Positions 14,729 to 28,285 of a stretch of 64,000 nt of DNA are shown here, one piece after another (positions within the stretch are counted from its first letter, which is position 1; each line of letters starts with the position of its first letter). The DNA lies in contig OX597816.1 of the NCBI GenBank assembly GCA_951406725.2, forward strand, positions 41,106,001 to 41,170,000, given 5' to 3'. The notes below the pieces were generated by a model that had not been told where the DNA came from, searched no databases, and saw only the letters and a program-made list of their open reading frames with translations. The translations under genes and the position numbers were made by a program. The DNA comes from Octopus vulgaris. Its lineage: Eukaryota.

Positions 14729-15589
14729 CACTCGACAGAAGAAAAGGTTTTTGATATATATATGCAAAGAGAGAGAGAGAGAGAGAGAGAAAGATAAATA
14801 AGGAGAGGAGAAAGAGATATGTGTGAAATATACAAGAGGGATTGATGCCAAGGTAGCTATTTTTCCATTTACAATCTCAAACCAGTCTCACTCTTTCACT
14901 GGTCTTCATTTTGAAGGTATTTTCCCCAATAAAATTACATGTTTTTTATTCGAATTTTAATGTAGTTTCGCTTTATCTCTCATAATTTCTTTATCATAGT
15001 TATAAGTGAACGTAGTTTCCTCTTCCCTCCGTTAATGTCGTAGCCATAAACACCACTTGCTCCATCTTTGCTTCTTTTATTTTTCTCCGTTAGATTTTAA
15101 TTTATTTTTTATCTTTTGTTGATTTTTCAGTTAAACGTGCGTATTTATATTTGTTTTCTTTTGAAATCCAAATTTTAATTGGTGACATCTCCACTCAAGT
15201 TGCTTCTCTTAAATGTTAAGTCCCTTTCATGGTATCGTGTATTAAAAAACAATTTTAAGCATGTAGTCTCATGACGCACAAATGCTCAATCACACACACA
15301 CAAATACAAATAAGTGCATTACACATTATAATGATAATAATCAACTATGGGGATGACGTTGACTTGATAATAACTAGATTTTGGCCCAAACTTCTCAGTT
15401 GTAAAAAACGTTTAAAATAATACTGTCGATGTGACCATTCTTGTAACGGTGATTTAGTAACTTTTTCTTTTTTTCATATTATTTTGAAGGTTTCCCTGAG
15501 GGCAGCTTTAAGAATTATCAGAATATTATCTGAGGTAATGGTCGATGCGATCCTTACAAGGAAATCAGTGATAGCAACTATGTTTCCCT

Positions 15590-16130
15590 CTATTATTATC
15601 ATCATCATCCACATCCACGTACACTTTGCTTTCTTTATCATCCTCGTCGTCATATTCTTCGTCAATATGATCATTATCATCATCGATATCCTACTCCACA
15701 TCTTAATCATCATTGCCCTTTTCGTTGTCGTCGTCGTCGTCGTCGTCGTCTTTGTCCTTACCACCACGGTCCCTCATCTTCTCCTTCTCTCATGCTCATC
15801 ATCTTTCTGTGCTTCATCATCTTCAACTTCAACATTATAATCATTACCACTCCAGTATAATTCATCTCCTCCCCCTCATCGTCATTGTCATCATCATTAC
15901 CTGTACCATCAATACTACCTTCATCATCATCATCATCGTCATCATCTTCACCATCACCGTTTTCATCATCACAGTCATAACCTCACGATCATGCTCATCA
16001 AAATAATGAATTTTACCATCATCAACTCCACCAGCATTTAAACCCCGCTCCCCGTTGCAGTCCACTACCTTTTCCTCCGCCACCACCATCCTCCTCGTCA
16101 TAATTTAATTTTCATTATTATCATCATCAG
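15590..16130. repeat. Degenerate (ATC)/(GTC) trinucleotide low-complexity tract
   Basis: Directly visible. Confidence 0.85.
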
Positions 16131-16999
16131 CATTTTCTTTTACTCCCTTTCTACTTATTGATGTTTGCAATAATAATATTATAGTATTCATTTGTGTCTT
16201 TCAACTTTTTTTCAGTTGTTTCATCCACGAAATCAATATCAAATCTAGGCAACTCTATCATCACATATCTGTAGAGTAAACCACGCAACGAAAAGTATAA
16301 TGTTCAATGTCAAATAATGTTTCCACTGCGTAAAATATATATTTCAAGTATTTTCCAACAGGGACGCATTTTCACATATAATGCATGACAATTTATTGTT
16401 AAACATCTCCTCTCTAAAGTATGGTTAAATGATGAGTCGAAACGATCGTAGTGGATAAAGTGTTGTGTAAATTCCGTTCTCTGTATCTCATCTTTTATAG
16501 TTGTGTTTTAAGCTACACTTCGTTTCTGTTTAGTACATACATACATACATATATACATACATACATACGTATATACACACATACGCATATATAATTGAGA
16601 AGCATAAAAACGTTTTAAGATATTAACATTTTTTAATAAATTTTTAAATTCCTAAAAATCTATGAGTTTTCCTAAAATTATTGAATTTGAAACAAACAAG
16701 CATATCGTTCATGCAAGAAGATGGATGCGAATGGCACTTAAACGATTAAATAAACTATTGGATCATTGATGATCAGTATTAGGGTGAATCCATGAACGTG
16801 GGGTGTAGATGGTATCAACTCAAAATCTTAGTTGCCAAAACTTTTTTGCTATATAAAAATGTTTTTAAAAATATTTTAAAATATATTGTACAATATAAAT
16901 ATTTAATTGATAATTCATAGAAATCGCTTGATTGAAACAATTTACGTGGAAGGTTAATGGGTTCAAACTCGGAACTTGTCTGAATTAAGAATATGAGGT

Positions 17000-17975
17000 A
17001 TGAACACAAATCGCAGTTCCAGAAACTAGAATCTTTATTCCTGTCCCTTATATTTATGTGTTCATTATCTGTGTTATTATTATTGTTCTTATTACTTACA
17101 TTAAGGCTAACTATATTCCCATTATTCTTAAGCTTAAATCTATTAATCTCCGCGATTATCGATCCTAAGTTCGTTGTAGCTGAATATGATAGTTTGAGAG
17201 AAGATCTATTAAAAATGGTGTGGTATTTGTGGCCCACGGGGAAATACTTGAATACTGAAAAATAAGCGAGGGAGGTTTTTGAAATGAAGGGATAGCCTAT
17301 ACTCTTTTACTCTTTTACTCTTTTACTTGTTTCAGTTATTTGACTGCGGCCATGCTGGAGTATCGCCTTTAATCGAGCAACTCGACCCCGGGACTTATTC
17401 TTTTGTAAGCCCAGTACTTATTCTATCGGTCTCTTTTGCCGAACCGCTAAGTAACGGGGACATAAACACACCAGCATCGGTTGTCAAGCAATGCTAGGGG
17501 AACAAACACAGTCACATAAACACACACACGCACATATATACATATATACGACGGGCTTCCTTCAGTTTCCGTCTACCAAATCCACTCACAAGGCTTTGGT
17601 CGGCCCGAGGCTATAGTAGAAGACACTTGCCCAAGGTGCCACGCAGTGGGACTGAACCTGGAACCATGTGGTTGGTAAACAAGCTACTTACCACACAGCC
17701 AAAGGACGGCTAGACAAAGTTGGATATAATCTAAAGTGATAGGGGTCCTGTTGTTCGAGAGGGTTGTTTACGGACGGAGTATCGATATTTAATTCAAGCA
17801 GGTTTCTAGGTTTGGAAAGAACTTATCTAATTTTTATTTAAATATTGTATTCTTGATGTAATATATATTTTCCATGAATCCACTATTCTTTAAAGCTGCG
17901 TTATAAATAGGCGCCACATTATTGAAAACTATTTGGTTTGCTAATTTGTTGGAGATTCTAATTGACACTCCCCTG
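17000..17975 (-). mobile_element. Naiad-like PLE fragment (RT thumb and linker) split by a SINE
   Basis: VSIRISNKLANQIVFNNVAPIYNAALKNSGF (~17970-17875) and GHKYHTIFNRSSLKLSYSATTNLGSIIAEIN, homologous to 56120-56200. Confidence 0.75.
17298..17700 (-). mobile_element. tRNA-derived SINE family B (CORE-like), near full length
   Basis: Minus strand GGCTGTGTGGTAAG..GGTTCAGTCCC..CCTTGGGCAAGT, central (TG)-rich tract, (GTAAAAGA)n tail. Confidence 0.88.
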
Positions 17976-19019
17976 ATCACTCCATTAATAATTCTTTGGG
18001 GATGGTTTTATATATATATGCGCGTGTGAGTATGTGTGTGTCTGTGAGTGTGAGTGCGTGTCTGAATATACATATATATATATATTCACGCACACACATA
18101 ACTCTCTCACACACACACTGACACACACACGCACACACATGTATATATATATATGTATGTATATATATATATATACATGCATGCATACGGAGTACTTAAT
18201 GTATAAAGAGAAGAAGAAGGCTACTTGGAATTCGAACTCAGTTCACCAATATTTACGCGCTGTTATTTATAGCACTGTTTACTTCGAGATCCACTATTGC
18301 CAAAAAAAACAAAAAAAACATTATTTTTCACATCTCAAAGTTTACGAAAGTTCCTGCCACGTCAACATAGAATTTTCGCTGGTAAGAGTAAATTTTTTAA
18401 AATGCTCAAAATTTGAAGCATCTATAATATATATATATATGTGTGTATATGTGTGTGTGTATATATATGTATACTGTGTATGTGTGTTTATACATATATG
18501 CACACACACGCTTTCTATGCAATTATTACGATGGCATGACGTGCACTTGTGAATTCAGTGGTTTTAATTAACACCAGTTAAATTAGGTATTGTGTACGTC
18601 GATAACATTGGTAAAGGCTGTCATTTTCAAAGAGCTGTATAATTTATTTTTTAACTAAAGAAACGAAGGAAGTGGTGAATAAACGAATGTTTGAATTAAT
18701 GAATGAGTGAATGAATATAAAAAGAAAGAAGAAAATTTGAAAATACGTAAATTTAACATCAAAAACATTACACGCCCACTAAATGCTAGAAAAAATGCTA
18801 TCATAAAATGAAAACTAATTCATCCACCCAACAAACAACATTTCAAGTACATGCTAGCATGTATTTTTATGTCAGCTGTCCACAAGTCTCCTAATTAGGA
18901 GCTTTCAACTGTAATCCTTGACATTATCATCATATACATTTTCGTGATCAGTTTTCTTCTAATTTCTCTGTGTTCTGTTTTCAAATTTTTATTTTTTACT
19001 TTTGTAATTCGCATCCTAT

Positions 19020-19261
19020 TTCTCCTCCTACCCCTCCTCTCCCCTCTTGTTGTTTTTCCTCCTCCTCCTCCTCTTCTTCTTCTTCTTCTTCTTCTTCTTC
19101 TTCTTCTTCTTCTTTTTCTTCTTCTTCTTCTTCTTCTTCTTCTTCTTCTTTCTCGTCTTCTTCGTTACTGTCACTGCTTCTCTTGCAAATGACGCCAACA
19201 TTACCACCATCAATAGCACAATCGCCCTCCTCATCATCATAATTCTCCTCAGCACCAACAC

Positions 19262-19293
<32 letters not shown>

Positions 19294-19370
19294 ACGTTAT
19301 CATCCTCCTCATTGACGTCGTGGTCGTCATCATCGTCGTCCTCGTTCTCCTCCCCCTCCTCATTTTCTTA
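19020..19370. repeat. (CCT)/(CTT)n/(CAT)n low-complexity tract
   Basis: Directly visible. Confidence 0.9.
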
Positions 19371-19727
19371 TAGTTTCACATTATTGTTCACTTTTCTTTT
19401 GACGTATTAGACATTTATTTCTCGATTTAAAAAAAAAATAATTTCTTCCGCACAAACGCCTCCATCACAGTATACCTCCAATATTAACCGTAAGTGAATC
19501 ATGATGATCGACAATGACGTCCATAACTACCTTGCTACTGCATATTTTTTATTGGCTGCAGGTAAAATGCCAAACAACAAACATAAGTTTAAACACAGGA
19601 AATCATACTAAGGTCAACATATATTCTTGAAACAGTAACCGAATTCCCTCTCTTGGCTCATACCGTAATTTCCTTCATAACGGTCACACTAGGTAAAATA
19701 CTTTATGGAAAATTATATCTCTGACTG

Positions 19728-20312
19728 AAAGTGGCGAGCTGGCAGAAATGTTAGCAGTCCGGGTGTAATGCTTAGCGGTATTTCGTCTACCGTTACGTTC
19801 TGAGTTAAAATTCCGCCGAGGTCGACTTTACCTTTCATCCTTTCGAGGTCGATTAGATAAGTACCAGTTACGCACTGGGGTCGATATAATCGACTTAATC
19901 CGTTTGTCTGTCCTTGTTTGTCCTCTCTGTGTTTAGCCCCTTGTGGGTAGTAAAAAAACAGGTATTTCGTCTGCCGCTATGTTCTGAGTTCAAATTCCGC
20001 CAAGGTCGACTTTGCCTTTCATCCTTTCGGGGTCGATTAAATATGTACCAATTACGCACTAGGGTCGCTATAATCGACTTAATCCGTTTGTCTGTACTTG
20101 TTCGTCCTCTCTGTGTTTAGCCTCTTGTGGGTAGTAAAGAAATAGGTATTTCGTCTGCTGTTACGTTCTGAGTTCAAACTACGCCGAGGTCAACTTTGCG
20201 TTTCATACTTTCGGGATCGATAAATTAACTACCATTTGCGTACTGGGGTCGATGTAATCGACTGGCCTCTACCCAAAAATTTCGGGCCTTGTGATTAGAG
20301 TAGAAAAGATTA
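19728..20312 (+). mobile_element. SINE family A, trimeric form
   Basis: One head followed by three GGTATTTCGTCT..GAGTT(C/A)AAA..GGTCGA units at ~19777, ~19961 and ~20145. Confidence 0.9.
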
Positions 20313-20461
20313 CATCTCAGGTTTAAGCAGATGGCTGTGATTGGAATGTCTTTCATCCTAAGATTACTCGATCTGAGTGCATAAATTGCTTGTAGAAGAT
20401 ACTTATGCGGTAACATTAAATGCATGTTTAACATGATTGAATTCTGTCACATTTCTTTATT

Positions 20462-21070
20462 GAAGGTGGCAAGCTAGCAGAATCATTAGTACGCCGGACA
20501 AAATGCTTAACGGTATTTCGTTCGTTTTCACGTTCTGAGTTCATATTCTGATGAAGTCTACTTTGTCTTTCATTCCATCTGGGTCAAACAAGAAAGCACA
20601 AGATGAGCAATGGGATCGATGTAATCAACTTCAACACTTTCCCGAAACCGTTGCCCTCGTGCCAGAATTTGAAACCAATATTTCCCCCTTACTAACGGCG
20701 GCTGGCTGAGAGAAACTATAGTTGCCGGACAAAATGGTTAGTGGCATTTCGTTAAATTTTTAATCTTTCATCCTATCGTGGTCGATAAAATAAATACCAG
20801 TTGAGCACTAGGTTCGATGTGATCAACTTCAACCCTTTCCCGAAACTGTTGCCCTCGTGACAGAATTTGAAACCAATATTTTCCCTTACTAACGGCGGCT
20901 GGCTGAGAGAATCTATAGTTGCTTGACAAAATGGTTAGTGACATTTCGTTAAATTTTATCTTCCATCCTATCGTGGTCGATAAAATAAATACCAGTTGAG
21001 CACTGGGTTCGATGTGATCTACTTACCCACTTCTCCAAACGTGGTATCCTTGTGCCAAAATTTGACCCCG
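20462..21070 (+). mobile_element. Older diverged SINE family A copies with a local tandem duplication
   Basis: Degenerate heads and cores; ~20617-20815 is duplicated at ~20815-21010. Confidence 0.75.
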
Positions 21071-21606
21071 CTAGTTTTTCAATACGCTATATTTATTTCA
21101 TGATTACAGTTAAACGTGCTTCGTACTAAGGGAGTTAAACCGACTGATAACTATTTTTACTTTATGCTGATGGCATTCGCTGGTTTTCAATTTACTGTGT
21201 AATCTTAAGTATTTCGCTTGCTACCTATAATCTTCGTATTTTTATTATGATTGCATTATATACATCATTATAACATTTGTCGGGTTTATCAAAGTATATA
21301 TAACTTTCAGTCCCCTTACGGATAAATGTTGCAAATCATTTATAAGCATATATCAACTACATATACGTGGACACATACACAAATACGCACAAACACATAT
21401 TCGTTAATTGGTGGTCCGTCATTCCACAGTAGCCATACCAAAGCACCACTCGGAAATGTTGTATTAGATCATAGAGATCCTTCTACGTGTATTTTAGTCC
21501 TACAGACCGTATTTATCGAAACTCTTTGTTACGGGATGTAAACAAATATTGTCTTCATGTAATGTAAACAACACATGTAAACAAGTATATACACCTGTAT
21601 CCATAT

Positions 21607-21610
21607 TATA

Positions 21611-21659
<49 letters not shown>

Positions 21660-21729
21660 GTTATTGTTATTGTTATTGTTATTATTATTATTATTATTAT
21701 CATTATTATTATTATTATTATTGTTATTA

Positions 21730-21796
<67 letters not shown>

Positions 21797-21814
21797 CATC
21801 ATCATTAATATTAT
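21607..21814. repeat. (ATT)n microsatellite
   Basis: Directly visible. Confidence 0.98.
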
Positions 21815-22019
21815 TGAGTGAGTGAGCAGTGCATACCTTCAAAGTGATACTGGGCTACAAATATACTAAGCCCAATATACCCATCATGACTACCTGTATG
21901 ATAAGGGTGCATCAGGTATATCACAACGATAAGTGTGCGACATGATGATGTCATATCATGATAAACAGTGCATGACGTTGCAGGTGGGACCCAGTTAGAA
22001 TTTTCTTCAGGTTGAGAGC
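21815..22019 (+). repeat. Unclassified interspersed repeat abutting (ATT)n, truncated by a PLE
   Basis: GAGTGAGTGAGCAGTGCAT..CCCAGTTAGAATTTTCTTCAGG starts exactly at the end of the ATT tract; recognised from memory only. Confidence 0.4.
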
Positions 22020-22998
22020 GACACCCCGGTCTCACGCCATTTCCGTTCCACCGGTCACTCTTTGCAACACCTGTCTGTGTTTGGATTGTCCTTGCACAGA
22101 GGCCATCCGAACTCCCGTTTGCGCCGTGAACAAGGATTAATCTTCTCTCTTCGCTCCTTTACGCCATTTGGGCTCAACTCTCCTCCCCTCTTCATCTAAC
22201 CTCCTGCTCTTGCCTCTCTCCCCCTCCTTCCTACTTTCTCCCACCCAACTCTACTCTCTTGCCCTGACTCCTACTTCTCTTCACTCCTACATCTCTTCAC
22301 CCCTACGCTCTTTCCCTCTTCTCTCTTACTCGCTTTCTCTCTTCTCTCTTTCTCTCTTCTCCCTCACTATCCTTCTCTCCTCTCTCTCCCTCTCCCTCCT
22401 ACTTCCTAATCTTGCCCCGACTCCTACCTGTCTTCAATCCTACTTCTCTTCACCCCTACTCTCTTTCCCTCTTCTCTCTTACTCTCATTCTCTTTTCTTT
22501 CTTCTCTCCTACTCTCTTTCTCTCTTTCTCTCCCCTATTTCCCTCTTCTCTCTTTCTCTCTTACTCTCTTCTCTCATCTCTCTCCTCACATACGCACCTT
22601 TCCCTCCATCCATAAGCCCACCCACCCCTACACATTCATACTCCACCTTCTCTATCCTTCCCAGACCACCAGCCCTCTTTCACACGCACCTACACACTCT
22701 CTAATACACACACACACACCTTCGTGTTGGGGTCATCTTTACTTTGTTATCTCCCCTACATCTTCGCTCACGTGTGTGACCCTTCTGTCCGAAGTCAGTC
22801 GCCATGATAAATCGTTAGCCACTACAACATTTTTTCTCTCCTTCTTTCTCTCCTTGGTTTTTCTGTGTCCCCTTTCTGTAGAAGAGCGTAGGCTCGAAAC
22901 GTAAAATACTTTTTCTATTCCTGAGAGTTATACTAATACATCTGTTTGTTTTGTAAACTACCTGTCTTCGTCTTTTGTTGTTTTCGTAAACTGTCCCT
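22020..22998 (+). mobile_element. 5'-truncated Neptune-like PLE: GIY-YIG C-terminus, CT-rich 3' region and HHR-bearing tail
   Basis: 22020-22199 reads DTPVSRHFRSTGHSLQHLSVFGL..RLRREQGLIFSLRSFTPFGLN*; homologous to 53843-54733. Confidence 0.8.
22872..22907 (+). ncRNA. Minimal HHR-like motif with variant core CUGUAGAA
   Basis: CTTT CTGTAGAA GAGC-gtag-GCTC GAAA CG TA AAAT. Confidence 0.6.
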
Positions 22999-23702
22999 AT
23001 ATATATATATATATATATATACAAACACTGCTGGCCGTCTTACCATCGGTGTGCAATTGTAATAATTTCTTATCCCAATTCTTCATCTCCACATGTCTAC
23101 TCTATTACAATTCTACTGTTTCATCCCTCTAAATTGGTGGTCCTGAAACATTTTTTGCCCATGGATCCATCCCTTTGATAAGTACATCACTCTTTTGGGA
23201 CTTCAAAACCGCCAAACATTTAAAAGATCCTGTTTTTATTAAATAACTAAATATTATTAGGAATTTATGAAAAATATTTTATTTCTAGAAGTATAACCAA
23301 TTTATTGCATGTAACTTTGAACAACTAACAATATTCTATAGTGTAGGAATGTTTACTCATAAAGTAATTCATAAATATATAAGGACATGTTTATTAATAA
23401 AATATGCTTTAGTGCTACTTGCATGCGAGCCTTGTGGTCGATGCTGCTTCGTTGATTTTACACGCTGTTGTGGAGCACACAAAATATCAAATGGTCACCA
23501 GGACACTGATTGAAAATGGACACTGATTGAAAATAAATTTTCTAAATGAGCGCACAAACATACAGGCACTGCTTCTAGTTACAACCGTTATTCATATGCA
23601 GATACATAGTCTACAAAAATCTCATTTCGTTTCATATAAAATTCCCTCTACAGAACAGCGATGAATAAATGACTACCGAAAAATTACGAGATTTTTTTAT
23701 AT

Positions 23703-23887
23703 CTCTTTTACTCTTTTACTCTTTTACTTGTTTCAGTCATTTGACAGTGGCCATGCTGGAGCACCGCCGTTAGTCGAACAAATCAACCCCAACTTATTCT
23801 TTGTAAGCCTAGTACTTATTCTATCGTTCTCTTTTGCCGAACCGGTAAGTTACGGGAGCGTAAACACACCAGCATCGGTTCAAGCAA
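23703..23887 (-). mobile_element. SINE family B, 3' half
   Basis: Matches 17300-17490. Confidence 0.85.
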
Positions 23888-24649
23888 TCTAATGATCTAT
23901 TCCCCAGAACGGTATTTTGTTTGTTTGTGCGTGTGTGTGTGTGTGTGTCTATGTGTGTGTGTATTCACACACATACATACATGCATACACACATACACAC
24001 ATACACACATACATGCATACATACATGTATACACATACACATACAGACAGACACACACGCACACACACATATATTTACGCGTTTTGAAGAAAAAGCAGGA
24101 GAACAGTACTCAATACAGGAAGATATATATGTTTATATATATATGCATGGGCATACATATGTTTAAAAGGCTAAAAACTATACCATCTGAATTACAACCA
24201 CACAAGCAACAAATAAACACACACACACGTACACACATATATTTACGTGTGCATGCATCATGTAGTGCATAACAGGCATGAATTTGATTTGAAATAAGCA
24301 GCTGCAAACATAACACCTAACACAGAATCAATAAAAATGAAATTTTCAACTCTCTAAAAATTTTACTGTATTAAATTCGTTATAGCTCACTGCTAGAAAG
24401 ATACCATTAAGCATCACTGACATTAAGACGGCTGAATATGTTTCTGCAATAAATAACGTCTGGCCAGTTTGTTGAATTTGCATTGGTAACATACATAGAC
24501 AGAGATACCGGAAGAAAGCAGCTTATAAGAGAATAGGGAAGCCAACATCGTGACAGTAATGGAAATAGAAACCAATCAGGTATAAAAATTGCATAATCTT
24601 ATACTGATAATCTCTTCATATTTTCCGCCCACTCTAAGTTAATCATTCA

Positions 24650-24662
24650 CACATAATATATA

Positions 24663-24727
<65 letters not shown>

Positions 24728-24744
24728 ATGTATATATGCGTATG

Positions 24745-24803
<59 letters not shown>

Positions 24804-24860
24804 ATGCGTGTGTGTGTATGTATATATATATGTTTGTGTGCGTGTATAGTTACATACATA

Positions 24861-24945
<85 letters not shown>

Positions 24946-25055
24946 ATATATAATATATAGACGTATATATATATATAAATATATATATATGTATATATAT
25001 ATAAATATATGTATGTAACTATACCACACAAACATATATATATATACACACACAT

Positions 25056-25100
<45 letters not shown>

Positions 25101-25108
25101 ACATATAT

Positions 25109-25199
<91 letters not shown>

Positions 25200-25200
25200 C
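24650..25200. repeat. Long compound (TA)/(TG)/(CA) microsatellite
   Basis: Directly visible; has internal inverted symmetry. Confidence 0.95.
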
Positions 25201-26694
25201 GCTTATAAATATTGATTTACAATATACATGCATATTTCCATACATTCATATGCACATATATGTATACAATAGATGTTGTTAGCTGCTTCATTGTATCTAT
25301 ATAGTGAGAGGATTTTGTAACAGAGCAAGTACACAACTACTCGTCAATAATATACCCGAATACAAACCCAACCGCTTACACACATGTGTACATACATATA
25401 CTTACATAACTACACACACACACACACACACACATACACACAAATAGACAGACACGCACACACAGAGAATAATATATAAATATAGAATGTTTTTGTGAAA
25501 ATGTATGTACCTACGTGTGTAAGCATTTGAATATGTTTTATATCCATTTTCTATGTATATCACTATTTCTATCTATACTTACAGTCTGTCTGACTGTATG
25601 TCTGTCTCTCTCTGTTACGTATACATACACCCATGTCTGTGTGCGTGTGTGTGTACCTACCTGAGTACATGTGTATATGCATATGTGTGTGTGAGCGTGT
25701 GTGTGTGTGCGTACGCATCTATTCATCTCCCTATATATATATTCGCAACACTTCCAATCGTGAGAAAACCTTTAGTATTATTTATTATTTTTGTCGCCGT
25801 AGGATATGACGAGCTTTGGAGACATTTGTTACAATCACAGTAAGCTTTCAATCTAATGTAACTGCAATAGATATAGATTGAGTTTTATAGAGATCTCACT
25901 ATGGTAACATTAAACATTTCGGACACGTAGAAAATTCAGAATCGTAGCAAAATAAATTTGATCACCTCTCATAATAAAATACGTTTGTGTATTGCGTAAC
26001 TTTTGTTGTTTATACAAGAACGGAACGAACTAGCTTCTGCAACGTCTATTTGAGTGGAATGAGTAACTGATAGGGAAAACTAAAACTAACTTTTTGTCGA
26101 AAGAAACATGGCGATTGATTGGTGAATCCTCAACAGTAAAATTATTATGATGAACATCAGATAAACTGAAGTTTTATAGAAGGCACCAAGAAGAGATTTT
26201 TATTGAACAAATAAATTTCACAAATTTAAAATACTGCAAACAGAAAACAGAGAAGTCATAGCAGGTATTCTCTAACGGAGTTCTTTTGGTGTACTATTAC
26301 TCTGTCATCATGTATCAACACATACACATGCACACATATACACAAGCTCATGCACACACATACGTGCTCGCTCACACACACGCACATACATAAACACAAA
26401 CACACGCACATACACACACATTCACACTCATAAATATCCTTAATATCTTTATAGTACAGTTCATGGCAACAACCTTTGGTATATTTGACAGTGGCAGATT
26501 TCCATTTTAGAAAGTAAGAATAAATTACAATTCAACATATACTTCGTGCACCCCTAAAATTAAATTACTTATGAGGAGAAATAATGAGTTTGAATCGTAA
26601 CTGAAATAATTTAAAATAAAGGTAAAATTATTACAATAGAAATAAGATGCACCCCCATGGAATATTGTTTTGCTCATATATTTATAAAACCCAA

Positions 26695-27573
26695 CTAGCT
26701 GGGCCTCGAGCCGTCAAAAATGACGGCTAATTACATATAAATTTTACATAAAATAAGGTTCAAAACCAAGATTTTGGTTTAATAATTCTTTTATTACTAA
26801 TTTGTGGGTGAAAAATTTATCTGCAACTAACATCCTTTGACTGCTTGTTTCCTTCAAAAGAATTTTCAAGATTTCCTTTCTTCTTGTCCGACTTAAAGCT
26901 GGCCTTGACTAAGCAAGTGAGCTGTGAAGTAAATACCAAATATAATAATACAGAGTTGAAACGCTGTTTGATTTATCTTTTTCACCGTACAGTTTCCATC
27001 ATCCCACTACGAAGTTTGCCATCACTCCTTCCTATCTCATTCATATGTTGTGACGGAGAATAACACAAGAGTATTATCATAGTAGATAAGGTAAAATACC
27101 AAGTTTTTAGTTTAATAATTCTTTTACTACCAAACTTCGGCAACTAACATCCTTTGACAGCTTGTTTCCTTCGAAAGAATTTTAAAGATTTCTTTCCTTC
27201 CTGTCCGACTTAAGGCCAAATGAATCTGGCCGAGACTAAATACAAGAACTGGTAAGTAAATATCTAATGCACAGAGTTGAAAAGCTGTTTGATTATTCTT
27301 TTCAGCGTTGAATGTTAACCATCCCACTTCCATTGTGCGCGCACACGCACACACACAAACACACATACACACACATGCAGACACACACATTCACATAACC
27401 CCTCTTTTTACATACACACATATATTCACACAGAGTTGAAACGCCGTTTGGTTTTTTTCAGCGTACAGTTTTCATCATCCCACTACCAAGTATGACATCA
27501 CCCCTTTTCTTCCTTATTCATCTATCACCCCTTCCTTTCTCATTCATAAACACAAGCGTATTATTATAGTAGA
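26695..27573 (-). mobile_element. Non-autonomous Helitron with internal tandem duplication
   Basis: Minus strand starts TCTACTATAATAAT and ends with hairpin AGCCGTCA-tttt-TGACGGCT then CTAG; sits between A and T; a second 5'-end motif lies at ~27088. Confidence 0.8.
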
Positions 27574-27992
27574 TTACCTCGGTAATCATTCTAGCTAGCC
27601 GTTTAACCATGAATCCCAAGGCAAGAAAATATACAAGAAAGAATCGCCCATGTCAAATTTATATGTATAGATTAGATATAAGAAACAACTGGCCAAACAT
27701 ATTAGACCGAAATTTAAACTGAAGATTTTCTGAAAGATTACTATAACACATAATACATGTAGCACATAATGTAATTTGGCTACTATAAATTATCATTCGC
27801 TTGTAATTTTTTATTTCAACGTTTTCTATTTTTTTATCTTGCTGTCTGGCACACTAAGTGTAGTTTAACTACATTCTAATTCGCGTTTTATCGCTTACTC
27901 TTCAAATGCGCAACTTAATAGAGTATGAAAAAGATAATGGATAAAAGTATTTGAATATTTTGTTGTAGATGTATGAGAATGTTGATTTTTAG

Positions 27993-28205
27993 ATTTTGGC
28001 ACAAATCCAGCAATTCCGGGGAATAGAGTAAGTCGATGACATCGACCATCGATCCCAGAGTTCAGCTGATATTTACTTTATCGACTCCGATAGGATGAAA
28101 GGCAAAGTCGACCTTCGCAGAATTTGAACTCAAGACGTGAAAATTGACTAAATACCGCTAAGCCTTTTGCCCGGCGTACTACTGATTCTTATAGTTCGCT
28201 GCCCT
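27993..28205 (-). mobile_element. Diverged SINE family A
   Basis: Reverse-complement core GGATGAAAGGCAAAGTCGAC..TTTGAACTC. Confidence 0.8.
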
Positions 28206-28285
28206 GATGTACGAGAATATCATATGAACAACGTACATACTAGAAATATTGGAAATAACTTGCCGTGTTTTCTATCAATTCGTAA

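Noticed and set aside
22168-22704. 178-aa L/S/P-rich ORF and ORFs at 54000-54630
   Set aside because: Low-complexity 3' regions of the PLE copies; peptides are not conserved between the two copies.
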